A stretch of DNA of 64,000 bases from Felis catus. Lineage: Eukaryota. How positions within the stretch are numbered: position 1 is the first letter of the stretch; each line of letters begins with the position of its first letter. A model generated the notes under the pieces. It searched no databases and was not told the origin of the DNA. It saw nothing but the letters and a program-made list of their open reading frames with translations. This document shows, in pieces, positions 49,038 through 62,952 of the stretch. The position numbers and the translations under genes are program-made. The stretch is from assembly GCF_018350175.1 (NCBI RefSeq), contig NC_058368.1, positions 125,800,001-125,864,000 on the forward strand, given 5' to 3'.

Positions 49038-50121
49038 AGTTTATAATGTATGTACAATTGGTATTATATATCATAAATACTAATCTTCTATATGTAATAT
49101 ATATAGTACTAATTCCAATTTTATATACATACATATGTTGGGTGATATATATATATACAGAAGACTCCATTCCATTTGCCTGTGAAGTTTCTTATTCATC
49201 CTTCAAGAAAGATGCAGGTGGAATAACCCGTCACGGGTGGAATACCTTCAGTAGTCCTCCCAAGCTGTCCTCCTCACTTCCTGTTTCATGCCCCCCTGCA
49301 CTTTCCACAGGCAGACAGCTTCTTCAGCTCCTTATCCAGTAGTTATCTGTTTACTGGTCTGTGGAATCTTCTGAGCTGTGTCTCCCTAAGGGCAGGGACT
49401 GTGTTTTATGCTTGGCTTTCTCAATACATGGTAGATGCTCAATAACTATTATCATGTTAGCATGTACCTTCATGAAGTAGTTTGAATGTCAATAGTAATA
49501 TTATTATCAACATTAAGCTGCAATTATTTATAGTATTGTCACACAGCTTAGTGTCTCTCAGTTCCAAAATATGTTTGCCTTCAAAAAATAAAATTTCAAC
49601 ATAAAGCCAAAGTGTTTTTGGCCAGTGCATTATTTTATTATTTCTCTTGAAGAGAAAATATAATTGTAAATCTGTGAGACATCTTTGGCTGTCTGTGTCT
49701 CCTTTCTTATCCTATAATTTTGGAAAAGTACAATTAATCATATGCTTATTCCTCAAAATTGTGGAGGAAAGAATTTTATGAAACTCTTTGAGTTCTTGAC
49801 TTGGCAATGAGTTCTCTCAGTTCAGATCCATCCCATCCTAATCATGGAGCTAGAGGGTCTAAGCAGGTGGGGTCCTAATGTCACAAGACAGGGACATTAA
49901 CTGTTATGAAGGCAGAGGCTATATTGCTTTGTTCAAGGGAAGTGAACAATAGTTCTTTACCTTAGAGAAATAGTCCTTGCATGGTTTCCTCCAAATATCC
50001 TTTGGAATTTTACAACCTTTTCTCTTAGAATTGGAATCTGTAAGCCTGTGTCACTCTGTCTTCCCTTCACTTAGTTTGGTCATTAGTGCTGTTTCCAGAT
50101 CCCCTGTCTTTGGTTTCTCTG

Positions 50122-50375
50122 CCACACATGCATACATGTGCATATGTACACACACAAACACACACATATAAACTCATGTACACATATAACCATTTATACA
50201 TACATATACATGAACACAAGTACATATGCAAATGCACATATAATTACTCAGATACAGGATATATGCAAATGTTCACACAAACAGAAGGATGGGAATACAT
50301 GCCTATACGAAACTACAAATACACATACTTAGATAAGTACATGCACACATGTACACATGTACCCATACTTGTACA
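50122..50375. repeat. Degenerate (CA/TA)n low-complexity tract
   Basis: Alternating purine-pyrimidine cacacatgcatacatgtg...tacacatac. Confidence 0.8.
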
Positions 50376-51220
50376 AATCACCTTCGAAGCTTTACCTCAT
50401 TACCTGAATCTTCTCTTCTCCTAACACCCCTAAGAACTTTAGGGATAAGGGAAAGGGAACCGGGTAATGTTGTTCATTCTCTTCTTTTGGAGTCTAAGAA
50501 ATGTCTGCTGATATTTCCATTCCCATTTGGCATGCATTACCTGCAATCTCCAGGCTAGCAGATGTCAGGAAAGACCTTCCTCCCTAGCACTGTGTGGTCA
50601 GGACTGATGTGTCTCCTGGTGTGCTAAGATCTGAGCTCATTCACTTGGAGTGAAGCTGCTGGGGCCAGGTCCCTGGTGGCCTCTCAGCATTGTGCAACCC
50701 CAAAGCCCAAACCCATTATCAAATATGTGGACTTTCATATGTCACTGACCTCCCTGCCCAAATAGATGGAATGGATGAGACTACAATTTTAATGACATAT
50801 ATATTACTTAATCTAAATACCATAGTTCTTCACAACAAGGGCTGTTAACTGGAATCATTTCCTGAGACAGACTGTTGAATCTGTATAAAAGTATTTGAAA
50901 TTAGGGCATATTTCTATTTATCTGGGATGCTGTCTGAGTAGATGAATAAGATAGCCATTTAGTGTCCTTCTAAGCACTAATGGTGTCTGAAGCTAAAAGA
51001 GGGAAATCCCTCTTTAGCAGTTGGTAAACTATTTTATGATTTCAAATACTAAACCTATGGAAATAAAATTCTAGATTTCAGGTCATTTTTATCTCATGCT
51101 CTTCTGGCATTTTGATCCTTTTACCTCAGTGCCGAGCCACTTACGGATCTCCAAGTTGTTTTGAGAGAGAAGTATAAAGTGAGTTTACAAATAGCAGCCA
51201 GTTGAAACATAAATTCTTAA

Positions 51221-51248
51221 AATTTTTTTTTGTTAGTGTTTAGTTATT

Positions 51249-51301
<53 letters not shown>

Positions 51302-51486
51302 ACGCGTGCACACACAAGTTGGGGAGGGGCAGAGAGAGAGGGAGACACAGAAACTGAAGCAGACTCTGGGCTCCAGACTCTGTGCTGTAAGCACAGAGCC
51401 CAAGGCAGGGCTCAAACCCACAAACCTTGAGATTGTGACCTGAGCTGCAGTCAGATGCTTAACCGACTGAGCCTCCCAGGTGCCCC
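51221..51486 (-). mobile_element. SINEC with long (GA)n
   Basis: Antisense head ccgactgagcctcccaggtgcccc; TSD aaacataaattctta / aaacctaaatttta. Confidence 0.95.
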
Positions 51487-51835
51487 AAAACCTAAATTTT
51501 AGTGATAGTTTGATAGTTGTAGTATTGATTTCTTTGGAAAGTCTCTCTTTTTTTCTCTTTGGTTTTGTTTCTAAACAGGAAAACCTAATGTCTTAAAGGC
51601 ATTCTTTGAAAAACTTATTAAGCCCTATTGTATAAAGCTTCAAAGATTGTTCGACTTTATGAGAATGAAGTTGAAGAATGCCTTTGAAACTTCTAGTTGT
51701 AACTCCACCACTGAAAAATGGTTCACTGCTTATTGTTCACTACTTAGCACTGTGGTCACTCATTGTTATTTTAAAAATGTACTTAGGATTTGAGAATTTC
51801 CACGAATTTCTGGGAATTTGAATTTCTTATTGCTA

Positions 51836-51855
51836 ATTTAAGTTTATTTATTGCT

Positions 51856-51905
<50 letters not shown>

Positions 51906-52071
51906 AGCAGGGGAGGGGCAGAGAAAGAGGGAGAGAAAGAGAATCTTAAGCAACCTCTGCACTGTCAGCACAGACCCCAGTGCAGCACTGGAACTCATGA
52001 ACCCTGAGATCATGATCTGAGCCGAAATCAAGAGTCCGACACTTTAACCGACTGAGCCACTCGGGCGCCCC
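51836..52071 (-). mobile_element. SINEC
   Basis: Antisense head ccgactgagccactcgggcgcccc; (GA)n; approximate TSD attgc(t/c)aatt. Confidence 0.95.
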
Positions 52072-53107
52072 GGGCTCATTGCCAATTCTTAAAGGCTACT
52101 ATATGTCATGAATTTGGAGACAGCTGATCTTGTTGTATGGTGTTTCCTCTATCTGAAATACTCTTCCCCACCAGCCTTCCTGGCTATCTTTTATACATCT
52201 TTTTGGTCTTAGTATAAATATCACATTAAAAAAAAATAAACCAAAGCTGCTATAAAGAAATCCATTAGTAAGAAAATGGCTGATAATTAATATTAATGTA
52301 CTGTCACTCTGGGTTCCTGTTACTCACCAGAAACTCTCAAAAGAGGCAAGCTGGTAATAAAGATGTCTAAATGTATGCTTTCAAAGATAAATACAGCATT
52401 ATATTTTTAAGGTTTGTCTGAAAGAAGAGTCATCCCCGAAAACATGAATGCCCTTAGAGTTTCTCTCATTCTTGGCAGGCATTCTGGGCTGTGGCCATTT
52501 TCCCTCCTTGCCAGGAGAGGCATCCTCATGATTGCAACAGTCTTACCAGGCCTCTTTCATTCTCTAAAGATGGACCTGAGATGTTGCATGTAGGTCCCAC
52601 CCCATCCTGCCCCCAGGGCTTGTGGCGGCCATTCGTGAGAAGCAGTGAGAAGCAGGTGTGGACTAGAAAGAAGCAGCGTGGCTTTCTCTGGGCACACATG
52701 GAGTCTGTGAAAATGAATTCAATCAGACAGAATCATCGAGTTCTCCTAGAAAGCTTGAATCTGCATTGAACAAGCAAATTGCACAAAGGAATTTTCTGCA
52801 AAGAACACACCTCTCAAGCTCCCTCTCATTTGTCCCGGAAGCATCAGCTTCTGTCTTCAAACATGCAATCTCAGAATCTGGGAAGATTGCTTCCTGCCTC
52901 TTGCAACCTCAAGGGGCACAAAGATGTAATTCAGCCTCTGCATGTGCTTCTCAGGGCTTTGAAAAGGAGACATGACAAGTCCCTCTGTGCTCCAACCACC
53001 CACTCAAGCAGAATTTTTGATCCGCTTTGGATTGATAAAAACATCAGCCTTGATAGAACTTACATTACAGTAAGGGGGAGAGACAATAATCAAGATAAAT
53101 AAATTCT

Positions 53108-53305
53108 AGCGTTGCCTGGGTGGCTCAGTCGGTTAAGCATCTGACTTGGGCTCAAGTCATGATCTCGCCATTTGTGGGTTGAAGCCCCGTGTCGGGCTCT
53201 GTGCTTGAAGCTCAGAGCCTGAAGTGTGCTTCAGATTCTGTCTCCTCCTCATGCTTTTTTCTCTCTCTGTTTCTCAATAATAAATAAATGTTAAAAATTT
53301 TTAAA
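53108..53305 (+). mobile_element. SINEC, in L2-like flanks
   Basis: gcctgggtggctcagtcggttaagcatctgacttgggctcaagtcatgatctc; approximate TSD aag(a/g)taaataa..ttct. Confidence 0.94.
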
Positions 53306-53438
53306 AAGGTAAATAAGCAATTCTCACATTAGTGAGGAGCACTAAGGAGCAAACCCTATAGCAGGGTAGGAGATTATGAAGTGTTGGGGTCAGAGGGAGT
53401 AGGCTGGGTGAGTGTGTGTGATTTTAGAGTTGCCAAGG

Positions 53439-53499
53439 TGCAGCACTGGGTGTTGTATGGAAACTAATTTGACAATAAAATATATTTAATAAAAAAAAA
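53439..53499 (+). mobile_element. 61-bp L1 3'-terminal insertion (felid-type)
   Basis: agcactgggtgttgtatggaaactaatttgacaataaa plus an A tail; exact TSD tagagttgccaagg at 53425-53438 and 53500-53513. Confidence 0.88.
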
Positions 53500-56035
53500 T
53501 AGAGTTGCCAAGGAAGAGACCTACAGGAAATGAGGGGTTAGCCAAGTGGGTATATAGATAAAGATATATGATCTGTGGAGAAAGTTCTGAGACTGGTGAG
53601 GAGATGAGTTGTGACTGCAGTGCACTGAGTAGAGAAAGTGGAAGACGATGAGGCAGAGAGGCAACTGGGGGTCACTCCTGTGGAGCCTTGTATATCCTGG
53701 CCAGGCTGGGTCTATTGTTCTGGGAACCATAAAGTCTTTTCAAGGGTCTGAGCACAAGAGTTCTGATCTGGAGTTATCTATGGAAGCGTCTTTCCTAGGA
53801 GAGGTCTGCCTTCAAAGAACACCAGGATGTACGTTTGTAAATATGTTCATATTTTAACAGGTCTTTATTCACTTTGAAATTAGAATTGCTGATTACTGAG
53901 ATTTGGTGAAAGCTTCAACCATTGGTCTCCCAAATTATGGTGTAGATTCCCACAGCTTTCCTGGATGGAGCCAGGCTGTCTTGTACTGAAGTAAGAATCT
54001 AGTACAGTCGTCTTCTCTTGCACATGCTACTCCATGTTTCCCATCACTTGGAAGTAAGCCTACTATTCCCTCCTTGTTCCATATCTCAATCCCAGACTAT
54101 TCTTCCCCTTCAAGAATACATTTTGTCAGACATAAACTAACCCTTTCTTCCTCCTTAAATGAAGCGTGTTGATTATGTTTGTTGTCTGTGTCACACAGAT
54201 TAGAATAAGACTGCCCTTGCTTCTTAAAATCCCTTTGCCTTTTCTCTTCAATATTTCCCTCCAAGGGTTGATGGGAAGAATGGATGAGATATACCCATTA
54301 AAAGACTGAGGAGTTTTCTGTAACTTTTATTTTTAGTTTCTTTTTCCACTAAATATTTTTACTATAACCTCTTCTCTTTTTATTTCTAGTCTTATGGTCC
54401 CTGAATATAAAAACTACAATTTAACATAAAGAGTTTGATCATATTCTTTGGGGCCTTTCTATTAGTGGTATCATTCCTGGAAATCATTGTGTTATAGTCA
54501 TATATTAACAATGAAAGCAATCCACAAATATATGGTAAGTATTACAGTGTATCAGGCATCCCAGAAGTGCGGGTGCACAGGACTGAATTCTCACACAAAG
54601 CAGAGTGCGTATTCTAGTAGGGAGCATAGACATTTAACAAGCGATTACAAGACTTGTTACCAGCACAAATGAAGAACTACACAGTATTGTAGAGAGGCTT
54701 ACAGTGGAGGCTTAAGAGAACCTGAACATTCTGATGTGTAGAAACAATATTTAGAGGGATTTGTTGTTGCGGTTGCCACAAAAATCAATTTCACTCATGT
54801 TTTTGACTTTACCTATTTTAGGGGATTGTTTCATTCCCTAATTTAGGCTTTAAAATATGCTAACTTTTCATTGATTATTATGGTACACTTCAGTCTTGCC
54901 AATGGAGGTGACAAAAACCAGTCTCTACACTTGTAGAGGCCCATAGCAGTTATATTGCAAGAGCAGGTTTTGGATCTGGTGAGTGCAATCAAAACTGACA
55001 AGATCTAACCACCTTGTTTCCAAATTACCCACATTGTCTTCACCATGACTTTATCAGCACCCTGTGGGGCAAATGTTTCAAACTTACGTTTTTTTTTTTT
55101 AACTGAAGTAAATCACATTCTATTCCCAAGGATGTGAAAACAGAAAGATTCTTAAATAATTCATTAGAATTTTGCTTCCAAACAGCCAAGGGTAGGTTTA
55201 AAAGCTATCAGTGCCTGTATGTTAGGAACATCTTTCTCACTGAAATGAAACTTTGGCTGTACAAACAAATGATGTCCAGTAATGTTGTTGTTGTTGTTGT
55301 TGTTTTCTATTCATGATGGTCTTTTCTCTGTTAAAAGAATCATGTGGCTTTCCCATACTTCAAAAAAGATAAGAAGAAAAAGACATTAAAATGTTGTGTT
55401 GCCTGATAAGGAGAATCTGTAACATTTGGACATCTTGTGTGTAGGGAAAAATTCCTATCCTTCTGTTGCTGTGGTGAAGCTAGGATATTTACAAACCTCT
55501 TACTCTTGACAATTTTGTGGTAATTTACATAGTCTCACAGGGTTCCCCATTTATGGAAGAATAGGTCTCACATTGGTAATACACTCACAGCTCCTGGAAT
55601 TGTACACTTTGTAACTAGAAGCACAGTTTCCAAGCAGATAAGAAAGAGAAAGAGGCAAGGACTGCCTTCAACTTTTGTTCTTTTTTCAAAGCCTGATCCC
55701 AATGAGCTCTCCCAGATATCAAGAATCTTTGAAGTTGGGGACTTGTGACTAATGAAATTCTAACCAACCCGTGTATTTATGTATCTGGGAAGTGGCTTCT
55801 GCTAGCAGTTCTTGTTGGCCCTGTGCTGTCGCTATTGGGCCCTCCCAGCCTGCCATACCCGATAAAGCTGTGATGGCTCTGTGTTTCCACTAGAGACCTC
55901 TAGCTGCTCACAGGAAGACTGGGGAGGACCAGTGCTCACAAAGCTCCTCCACAAGTGGTAAAAGTTAAGAGTTTGCCAGTGGCCCCTGGGAGAAGGTGAA
56001 GTTCACCATCAAAGAAAAATAATTCTGTGTCATCT

Positions 56036-56063
56036 CTTTCTTTTCTTTTCTTTTCTTTTCTTC

Positions 56064-56103
<40 letters not shown>

Positions 56104-56104
56104 T
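56036..56104. repeat. (CTTTT)n/(CTTT)n microsatellite
   Basis: Direct read of the sequence. Confidence 0.95.
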
Positions 56105-56899
56105 GAACAACTGAGGCTTATTCAAGCAGGCACAGTGTAAAAAATTGGAGAGGAAAGAATGTGTCTTAAAGAAATACCATGGAAATGACAAAATAGAGAT
56201 TTTTCTAGGTAGAAAATCCCCTTCTCCAAGGAGCTATCCATACTGAAACTTGGAAGCCAGCCTCAGTTCTTGGAATTTGAGAGTCTTCCCTATCAGGTTA
56301 GAGGAAAGGTGAGTGCCGCTTACAGGCAATGATATCCAGGATATTATTATGAAACTGAACCAAATGCCTTTCATACCCCACCATGTCCCGGTGTTTTGCT
56401 GCAGTCCCTAGGTAGCCTTCTGGTAGGTGCTTGCCACCTTCAGTGGCGGGCCTGTAGCTGTGACCCCATTCAACAGCCATGGATGGGACACATGTGTAAG
56501 GTGAGACTGGTAGATGAAGTTTCACCATTTTCCCAAAAAGGCAAAACACATTAATCTCCATTTGCCTTTGAATGGTCTATAATAGAAACAGGAGGCCAAA
56601 GGGGGAAATAATCTCCCCTCATTTAACCTGTGCCCCTGTGAAAAATTGCTGTAGTTTGTATTTCAGAAACCCAGTGTAACTAATTTTGTCCTCCACCGTG
56701 GTCTTCACTATACAGAGGCATTAGAAAGAGAATCAAAATAAGATTAGGTCAGTGAGTCTAGAAAGCCTTGCATGAATTGATCAAAACTTCTTCAGAGACT
56801 CTCTAACATCTAGTTTTCTCTGAGATTGTTGTGAATTCTTTGTGTATGCTTTTAGGGAAAAAAAATCCTGCCCTTCTTTTAGATAGACTATTATTTGTC

Positions 56900-57066
56900 T
56901 ACTCATTTATTCATTCATTTATCAAATGACTATAATGTGCCAGTCACTGTGATGTGCAAGGAAAACATAAATGGATATGCACAAGGACTTGAATGGGAGT
57001 TCCTAACATTAGATCCATGGATCCCTAAGATTTAATGACTTTTTCAAGATGTGTGTAATCCTCTTA

Positions 57067-57105
<39 letters not shown>

Positions 57106-57480
57106 ATGTGCACTTTAGCAAGCAAAATCCAAGATTTGAAACAATACTTAAAGGAGTTGATGTTAAAAAAAAAAAAAGGTAACAACCATTGCAGAGGCTG
57201 ATGGTTATGTAAGCAGATAATTAGAAGACTACATTAGAATTGCCATATAATAGAGCTGTGCACAGCATCATGAGCTCACGGGTGGAGTTATCACAACTGT
57301 CCGTGACACAGAGGTCAGGAAAGGCTACAGAAAGAAGGTAGCATTTGTGTTACATATGAAGGATGAGTAGGAATTCACCAGCTGGCTTGAAGGGAGGGTG
57401 GATAGAAGTTTGTGTGCCCTGAGGGGCAGTTCATTTCCACAGTCTGAGGCCATCCTACAGGCTGGAGCATGATTGGTATT
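56900..57480 (-). mobile_element. L2 3' fragment, interrupted
   Basis: tcatttattcattcatttatcaaatgactataatgtgccagtcactgtg...gaggtcaggaaaggct...tgaaggatgagtaggaattcaccag. Confidence 0.7.
56995..57191. mobile_element. MER103C-like hAT-Charlie element with (GT)n, nested in L2
   Basis: gttcctaac...tccatggatccc...gtgcatgtgcac...cttaaaggagt...aaaaaggtaacaaccattg. Confidence 0.5.
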
Positions 57481-57857
57481 TTCTCCACTGCAGCTTGACA
57501 AATGGAACATGCTTTGTCATTAGTCAACTATTACAGTAAGAGGAGTTCTGTAGGCATGCCCTGACTGACCACAGATGGCTGAGACCACATGAATACATGG
57601 TATTCTGACCATATGCAGAATGAACACTCCAAGTTTCATCCTGTGGCAGGATGAAAAGGATTTCAGATGCTCGGTGCTGGGCCAGGGTTGGAATGCCTAA
57701 CCTCAGCACCATGTTGCTGCTCTGAAGCTCTAACCTGCACTGGCAAGTGGATGCAGCTTTGCTTGGGCATGAGGAAAGCTGGCCCTGAGTCTGTGATTGT
57801 CCAGCTGCTTACTCAATGCATTGCCATTAGTCTCAGCTTCCTCTGCTATGTGTAACA

Positions 57858-58075
57858 GTTATCATTTACTGAGAACCTGTAAGTCCCAGCTACTGTGCTA
57901 AGTGAGTCACCTGCCTCGGTTTATTGAAGTCCCCCAGTATCTTACAAGGTGAGTTTTATCCTCTTCATTTTCCTAATCAGGAAGTATAGGCAGGAAACCC
58001 AAATCCATTGAGGTCAGGCAACTAAAAACGTGGTGATACCAGCCTGAGAACCATAGTCTGTCTGAGTCCCCAGCC
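57858..58075 (-). mobile_element. MIR
   Basis: catttactgagaacctg...tactgtgctaagtg...ttatcctcttcattttcc...gtctgtctgagtcc. Confidence 0.7.
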
Positions 58076-58676
58076 CATAACCATTTTAGTTTGTTTCATT
58101 TGTTCTGGATAACTCTCCATCTTGATAATTCAACTCTGTTTTAAATATCATCATCCTGAGGCTATTGAGATATCCGTGAAACAACAGCTGCACGTGTAAT
58201 TTGACACTTAGTTCTGCAGAGCCAGAATAATGCATTAGGCATATATATTGCTTATGTGGGAAGTTACAAAGCTGGCTTTTGCTGTAAATGTGCCAGGTTT
58301 TGATGGTCATCATGGAGTTTGATATGAAGCCTACAGGATATATTTGAGGCTAAGACTAGACTGTCTTCTTTTTGATCTGAATTTCAACACTGAGATCTAA
58401 TTACATCTTTAAAACTAAGTAAGTTTGAAATAAGTAGAAACCTGTCTTTTCAAAATGTTTCAAATTGCAAAAACAAATCTGGATTTTAATTTGAGAATGA
58501 TTAGTATATGAGGGTCTCCCTATAAAGTATCCCATTTGACCATGGCACAATAAGTTAGAAGCCCCAGGACTTCTTCAAGAGAAAGAGGTTGATCGGCCCA
58601 ATTGATTAAACATTTTTAAACTTACCTCATACACGGTTGAAAGCAATCCCTAATATTTTTTCTTTCTATATTTTAA

Positions 58677-58879
58677 CATTTATTCATTTTTGAGAGACAG
58701 GGAGAGACAGAGCATGAGTGTGGGAGGGGCAAAGAGAGAGGGAGACACAGAATTCAAAGCAGGCTCCAGGCTCTGAGCTGTAAGCACAGAGCCCAACGTG
58801 GGGATTGAACTCACTGACTGAGAGATCGTGGTCTGAGCCGAAGTCAGTCACTTAACTGGCTGAGCCACCCAGGTGCCCC
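58677..58879 (-). mobile_element. SINEC
   Basis: Exact 17-bp TSD ttctttctatattttaa at 58660-58676 and 58880-58896; antisense head ctgagccacccaggtgcccc. Confidence 0.96.
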
Positions 58880-59590
58880 TTCTTTCTATATTTTAAAGTA
58901 GCTTATTCTGTATATTTTAGTTATCCCTAAAGCAAATGTCATAGTCTGAGAAATGAACAATTAACAAATGCAATCCTTTGATAATATCTTTTATAACTTG
59001 AGTTATTTCACATGAAAAGGGGAGTTCTATATAAATACCCACCAAAAATCTTTAAACTGAGGAAATGTTTGTGGGAATTTCACAAATAATAAAAACATAA
59101 TTCTGGTGATTGTATTTCTTCCATATTAAAAATTGAACTATAGCCATATTAAGAGAGACTTCTATCTGCCATATTTCCTAACCAGTACCCTTAAACTTGA
59201 ACAGTTTGTTCACCCATAATAGTATGCCACAGAAATACCTTTTTATAGAGAATACCACTTATAGAATCCAATTATGATTTGTGGACATTGTGATGTAGTA
59301 GCAATGAATAGGCCTATTGTAGAGTAAAACTGATAGTCATTCCATCACCTTTATAATGGCAAACTCCAAAATCCTGGGTGATATTGGCAGGCACTATGGT
59401 TTTTCAAGACAAGGCAGTTGGCAAAGTATTTTTTCTTCTTGAGATTTATAAGTCTTTCTAACTTTCAGAAGCAAAACAAGTAGCTGGATATAATTCTGCT
59501 GCCCCAACCATTTACTTAAAAATTAAGAAAAACAGTAACTATCCAGTTGAAGAGCCAGATGCTTGGCATTCTGTACTCAAGTTGTCTGAC

Positions 59591-59815
59591 TTTTATTTTA
59601 TTTTTTTAAAAATATTTATTTATTTATTTTGAGAGAAAGCACACAAGAGAGAGCAGGGGAGGGGCTGAGAGAGGGGTGGAAGAGAGAATCCCAAGCAGGC
59701 TCTGCACTATCAGCACAGAGCCCCATGCGGGGCTTGATCCAGTGATCCTGAGATCATGACCTGAGCTGAAATCAACAGTCAGAAGCTCAACCAACTGAGC
59801 CACCCAGGTGCCCCT
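59591..59815 (-). mobile_element. SINEC
   Basis: Antisense head caactgagccacccaggtgcccc; approximate TSD agtt(g/t)tctga. Confidence 0.95.
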
Positions 59816-60236
59816 AGTTTTCTGAATTCTAAAATTTTCATGGTAAATGAGAAAGAGCTGTGTCGCAGGTGATAGGTACTATAAAGACAGATCAAAGTAA
59901 AGGGGATCAGGTGTAGAGACAGTTGTGACTTCATTAGGAAGGTCAGCATAGGCCTCTTGGGGAAGCTTCTCTTTAATCAGTGATGGAAAGGAGGTGAGGG
60001 AGTTAGCCCTATAGATCCTTAAAGGAAGAGCAGTCTGGGCAGCTGGAATGCCAGAACATGTCCCAAAGATAGGAGCAAAACTGCTTTGATTGGAGGAGAA
60101 CAAGCACTAGAGTAATGTCAGCTGGGTAAGATTTCAGGTTGTCCTTAAAAATCAAAACGGAAATCAGTCAAAAAACCTGCTTACCACTTCTTTATTATTA
60201 GGTCTTCTAACAAAAGCTGGTTTTAATGTAAAACCC

Positions 60237-61129
60237 TGTGATGGTTAATTTTATGTGTCAACTTGACTGGCCACAGGATGCCTGTATCTGATTACACATT
60301 GTTTTTGAGTGTGTCTGTGGGTGTTTCTGGAAGAAATTAGCATTTGTATGGAAGGACCCATTACAGCCCATCACCCTCACCAGTGTGGGTGGGTGTCATC
60401 CAATCTGATGAGGGCCTGAATGGAAAGAAAAGGGGAGGGGTGCATCTGGGTGGCTCAGTCCTTAAGTCCGACTTTGGCTCAAGTCATGATCTCATGGTAG
60501 GTAGGTTGGAGCCCCACATCAGACTCTGTGCTGACAGCTCAGAGCCTGGAGCCTGCTTCAGATTCTGTGTCTCCCTCTGTCTTTGCCCCTCTGGGGCTCA
60601 CTTTCTGTCTCTGTCTCTTGAAAATAGATAAACGTTAAAAATTTTTTTTTAACATATTAAAAAAAGAAAGAAAAAATAGAGAAGAGGAAGGTTGGATTTG
60701 TGCTTTATATTTGCCTGACTAAGCTGAGCTCTTATCCCTGACCTGCACTCCTGGTTCTCAGGCCCTCAGATTCAGGGTAGAATCTACACTAGCGACTCTG
60801 GCTCACAGGACTTTGAACAGCACCACTGGCTTTCCTGGGTCTCCACCTTGCAGGCTGCAGATTGTGGGACTTCTCAGCCTCCATAATCACATGAGTCAGT
60901 AGTTTATTTGAGATAGATATATATATATATATATATATTCTGTTCGTTTCATAGGTATCATATATATCTATGTGTATATGATATATATATCTATGCATCT
61001 ATATACATATATGTATGTATATGATATATATATCTATGTGTATATTTATATATGTATATATAAAGCATAGATAGATCATATATATGATCTATCTATGTTC
61101 TGTTTCTCTGGAGAACGCTGGCTAACACA
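60237..61129 (+). mobile_element. MLT2 (ERVL) solo LTR with TA-rich expansion, interrupted by SINEC
   Basis: Starts tgtgatggttaattttatgtgtcaacttgactggcc; contains tgggacttctcagcctccataatcacatgag; ends ttctgtttctctggagaacgctggctaacaca. Confidence 0.92.
60437..60668 (+). mobile_element. SINEC nested in MLT2
   Basis: ggggtgcatctgggtggctcagtc...ctctgtgctgacagctcagagcctggagcctgcttcagattctgtgtctccc. Confidence 0.94.
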
Positions 61130-62189
61130 GCACTATTGCATATTAGGAATGGAAAGCAGAATGGACTTAGCAATAGCTCCCAAGAACAGCGCGATGATGT
61201 ACCATTTTTTATATTTGAATTTTTGTTTTTCTCAGAAGAGTGTAAGCTGTCCCTCCCTTTAGGACGGTGTGCAGACATGATTGCAAACAAACACAGTGCT
61301 AACCCATGAAGGGTTGGAGGTTTTACTGTCTCAACAGTGTACATGGAATGAGTGCTCAGGGAGTTGTTATTATGTTCTGATCTGGGGATTAAGTCCTCCC
61401 TAGGTATGCAGTGAGGAAGCAGAGAAGAATTAAACCACACCTTTGAGGATGAATTTGGGCTCTTTTAAACACTTTAGCCAGTTCTATGCTCTTCTTTGTA
61501 ATCGTAACAAAAAGAAATGCATTTGAGAAAAGTCCTTAACCTTCATGATTCCTTCTTCTCAGGGGAACTTATCAGCAAGATTGCGTAAAGTTAGAGAAGA
61601 AAACAGGGGCTTGATTAAAATCCACAAGGATCAAATTGTATTTGTTAACATGATAGCAGATATTGGTTTGGCTTTTTGCGTATGATGAAATCAAATGCAT
61701 TTAATTATGTGTGCTTTTATTTATTTATAAGAGCATTGTATGTAAAGATGCAGAATGAGACCAAATAATCTCTCTTAATGCTTATTTACATAACCTGTGG
61801 AAAAATTCTCTCTGGTGTCCTTGAATTTACACTATGCCCACACTGCTATCTTTGAAGCTGTAATGAAATCTGGCATATAGATTGAAGCTATGCGTATGCA
61901 GAACAACTTGCATAGCATTTGAGGTCTAAGAAGAGAATGGCCATGGAATACTTAAAACGCAGAATTGAAGGCCTATTTACAATGGCTTTTAATTATGTTA
62001 ATCAGAAAGAGATTATTTAAGTCCATTTTTATTTCATAGAATATTCTGCCATTGATCTAAAGTCAAAATATTTTTTCTCTTGGTATGACATCAAAATATA
62101 TTCAACTACGGGGAATGTTCCAATGATTAAGGGGAATTTTTAAAATAGTTGCTAATTAGAATAAATGCCAAAAGAACTTTCTTTTACGT

Positions 62190-62350
62190 ATGGGAGGAAA
62201 CTTTTAGAGGTGATGGATATACTTATGGCTACATTGTGATAATAGTTTCACAACTGTATGCTTATCTCCAAACTCATGAAATTCTTTTTGTTTCATAGGT
62301 ACAGCATTTTGTATTTCAGTCATACCTCAATAGGGCAGTTTTAAAAAAAA
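62190..62350 (+). mobile_element. Old L1 (L1MB/MC-like) 3' terminus
   Basis: gaggaaacttttagaggtgatggatat...ttgtgataatagtttcaca...atacctcaata plus an A tail; possible TSD aaaagaactttctt at ~62170 and ~62347. Confidence 0.75.
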
Positions 62351-62814
62351 GAACTTTCTTGTATAACATAAAAATAGCTTCTCTTTTGTTTGATTATAAA
62401 AATAGTAAAGGTTCATTGCAAAGAACTTGGAAAACACAGTAATTTATATAGAAAAATACAAAAAAACTATTAACATACTACTCACAGGTGATTTTCAGCA
62501 TTGTGATGCATCATCTCCTTTAATATGCATACATATATTTTTCCTTGCTAGAGAATCGTGTGTATATTGCATCAAAACTGAAAACATCTTATCTAAATAA
62601 TTTTATTTCCTAATTAACTAGCTTTTAATAAAATTATGTTTAGGATAAAATTCTAAATGATAAAAAGTAAAAGTCCCTCATCACTCCAACTTCAACCTCT
62701 ATTTTCTTGAGGTAATGTTGGTGACTGTGTTTTTTTTTTTTTTTTGTATGTTTGTTCCAAATTGACCAAGAGATGTTACAATTGTATCACCCCACAGAAA
62801 TGTTCTTTGAAATG

Positions 62815-62952
62815 CTTTATTTATTTATTTTGAAAGAGAAAGAGTGTGAATGGGGGAGTCCAGTGGGAGGCTCGATCCCACAATCCTGAGATCATGACCT
62901 GAGCAGAAATTAAGAGTTGTATGCTCAACCAACTGAGCTATCCAGGTGCCCC
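62815..62952 (-). mobile_element. Short, internally deleted SINEC
   Basis: ctgagatcatgacctgagc...caactgagctatccaggtgcccc with a tttattt tail. Confidence 0.9.

Noticed and set aside
52491..53102. Three consecutive plus-strand ORFs
   Set aside because: Non-ATG starts, random-like peptides, and the last runs into L2/SINE sequence.
60915..61095. Long TA-rich quasi-palindromic tract
   Set aside because: It lies at the position where MLT2 LTRs commonly carry a TA/CA microsatellite expansion.
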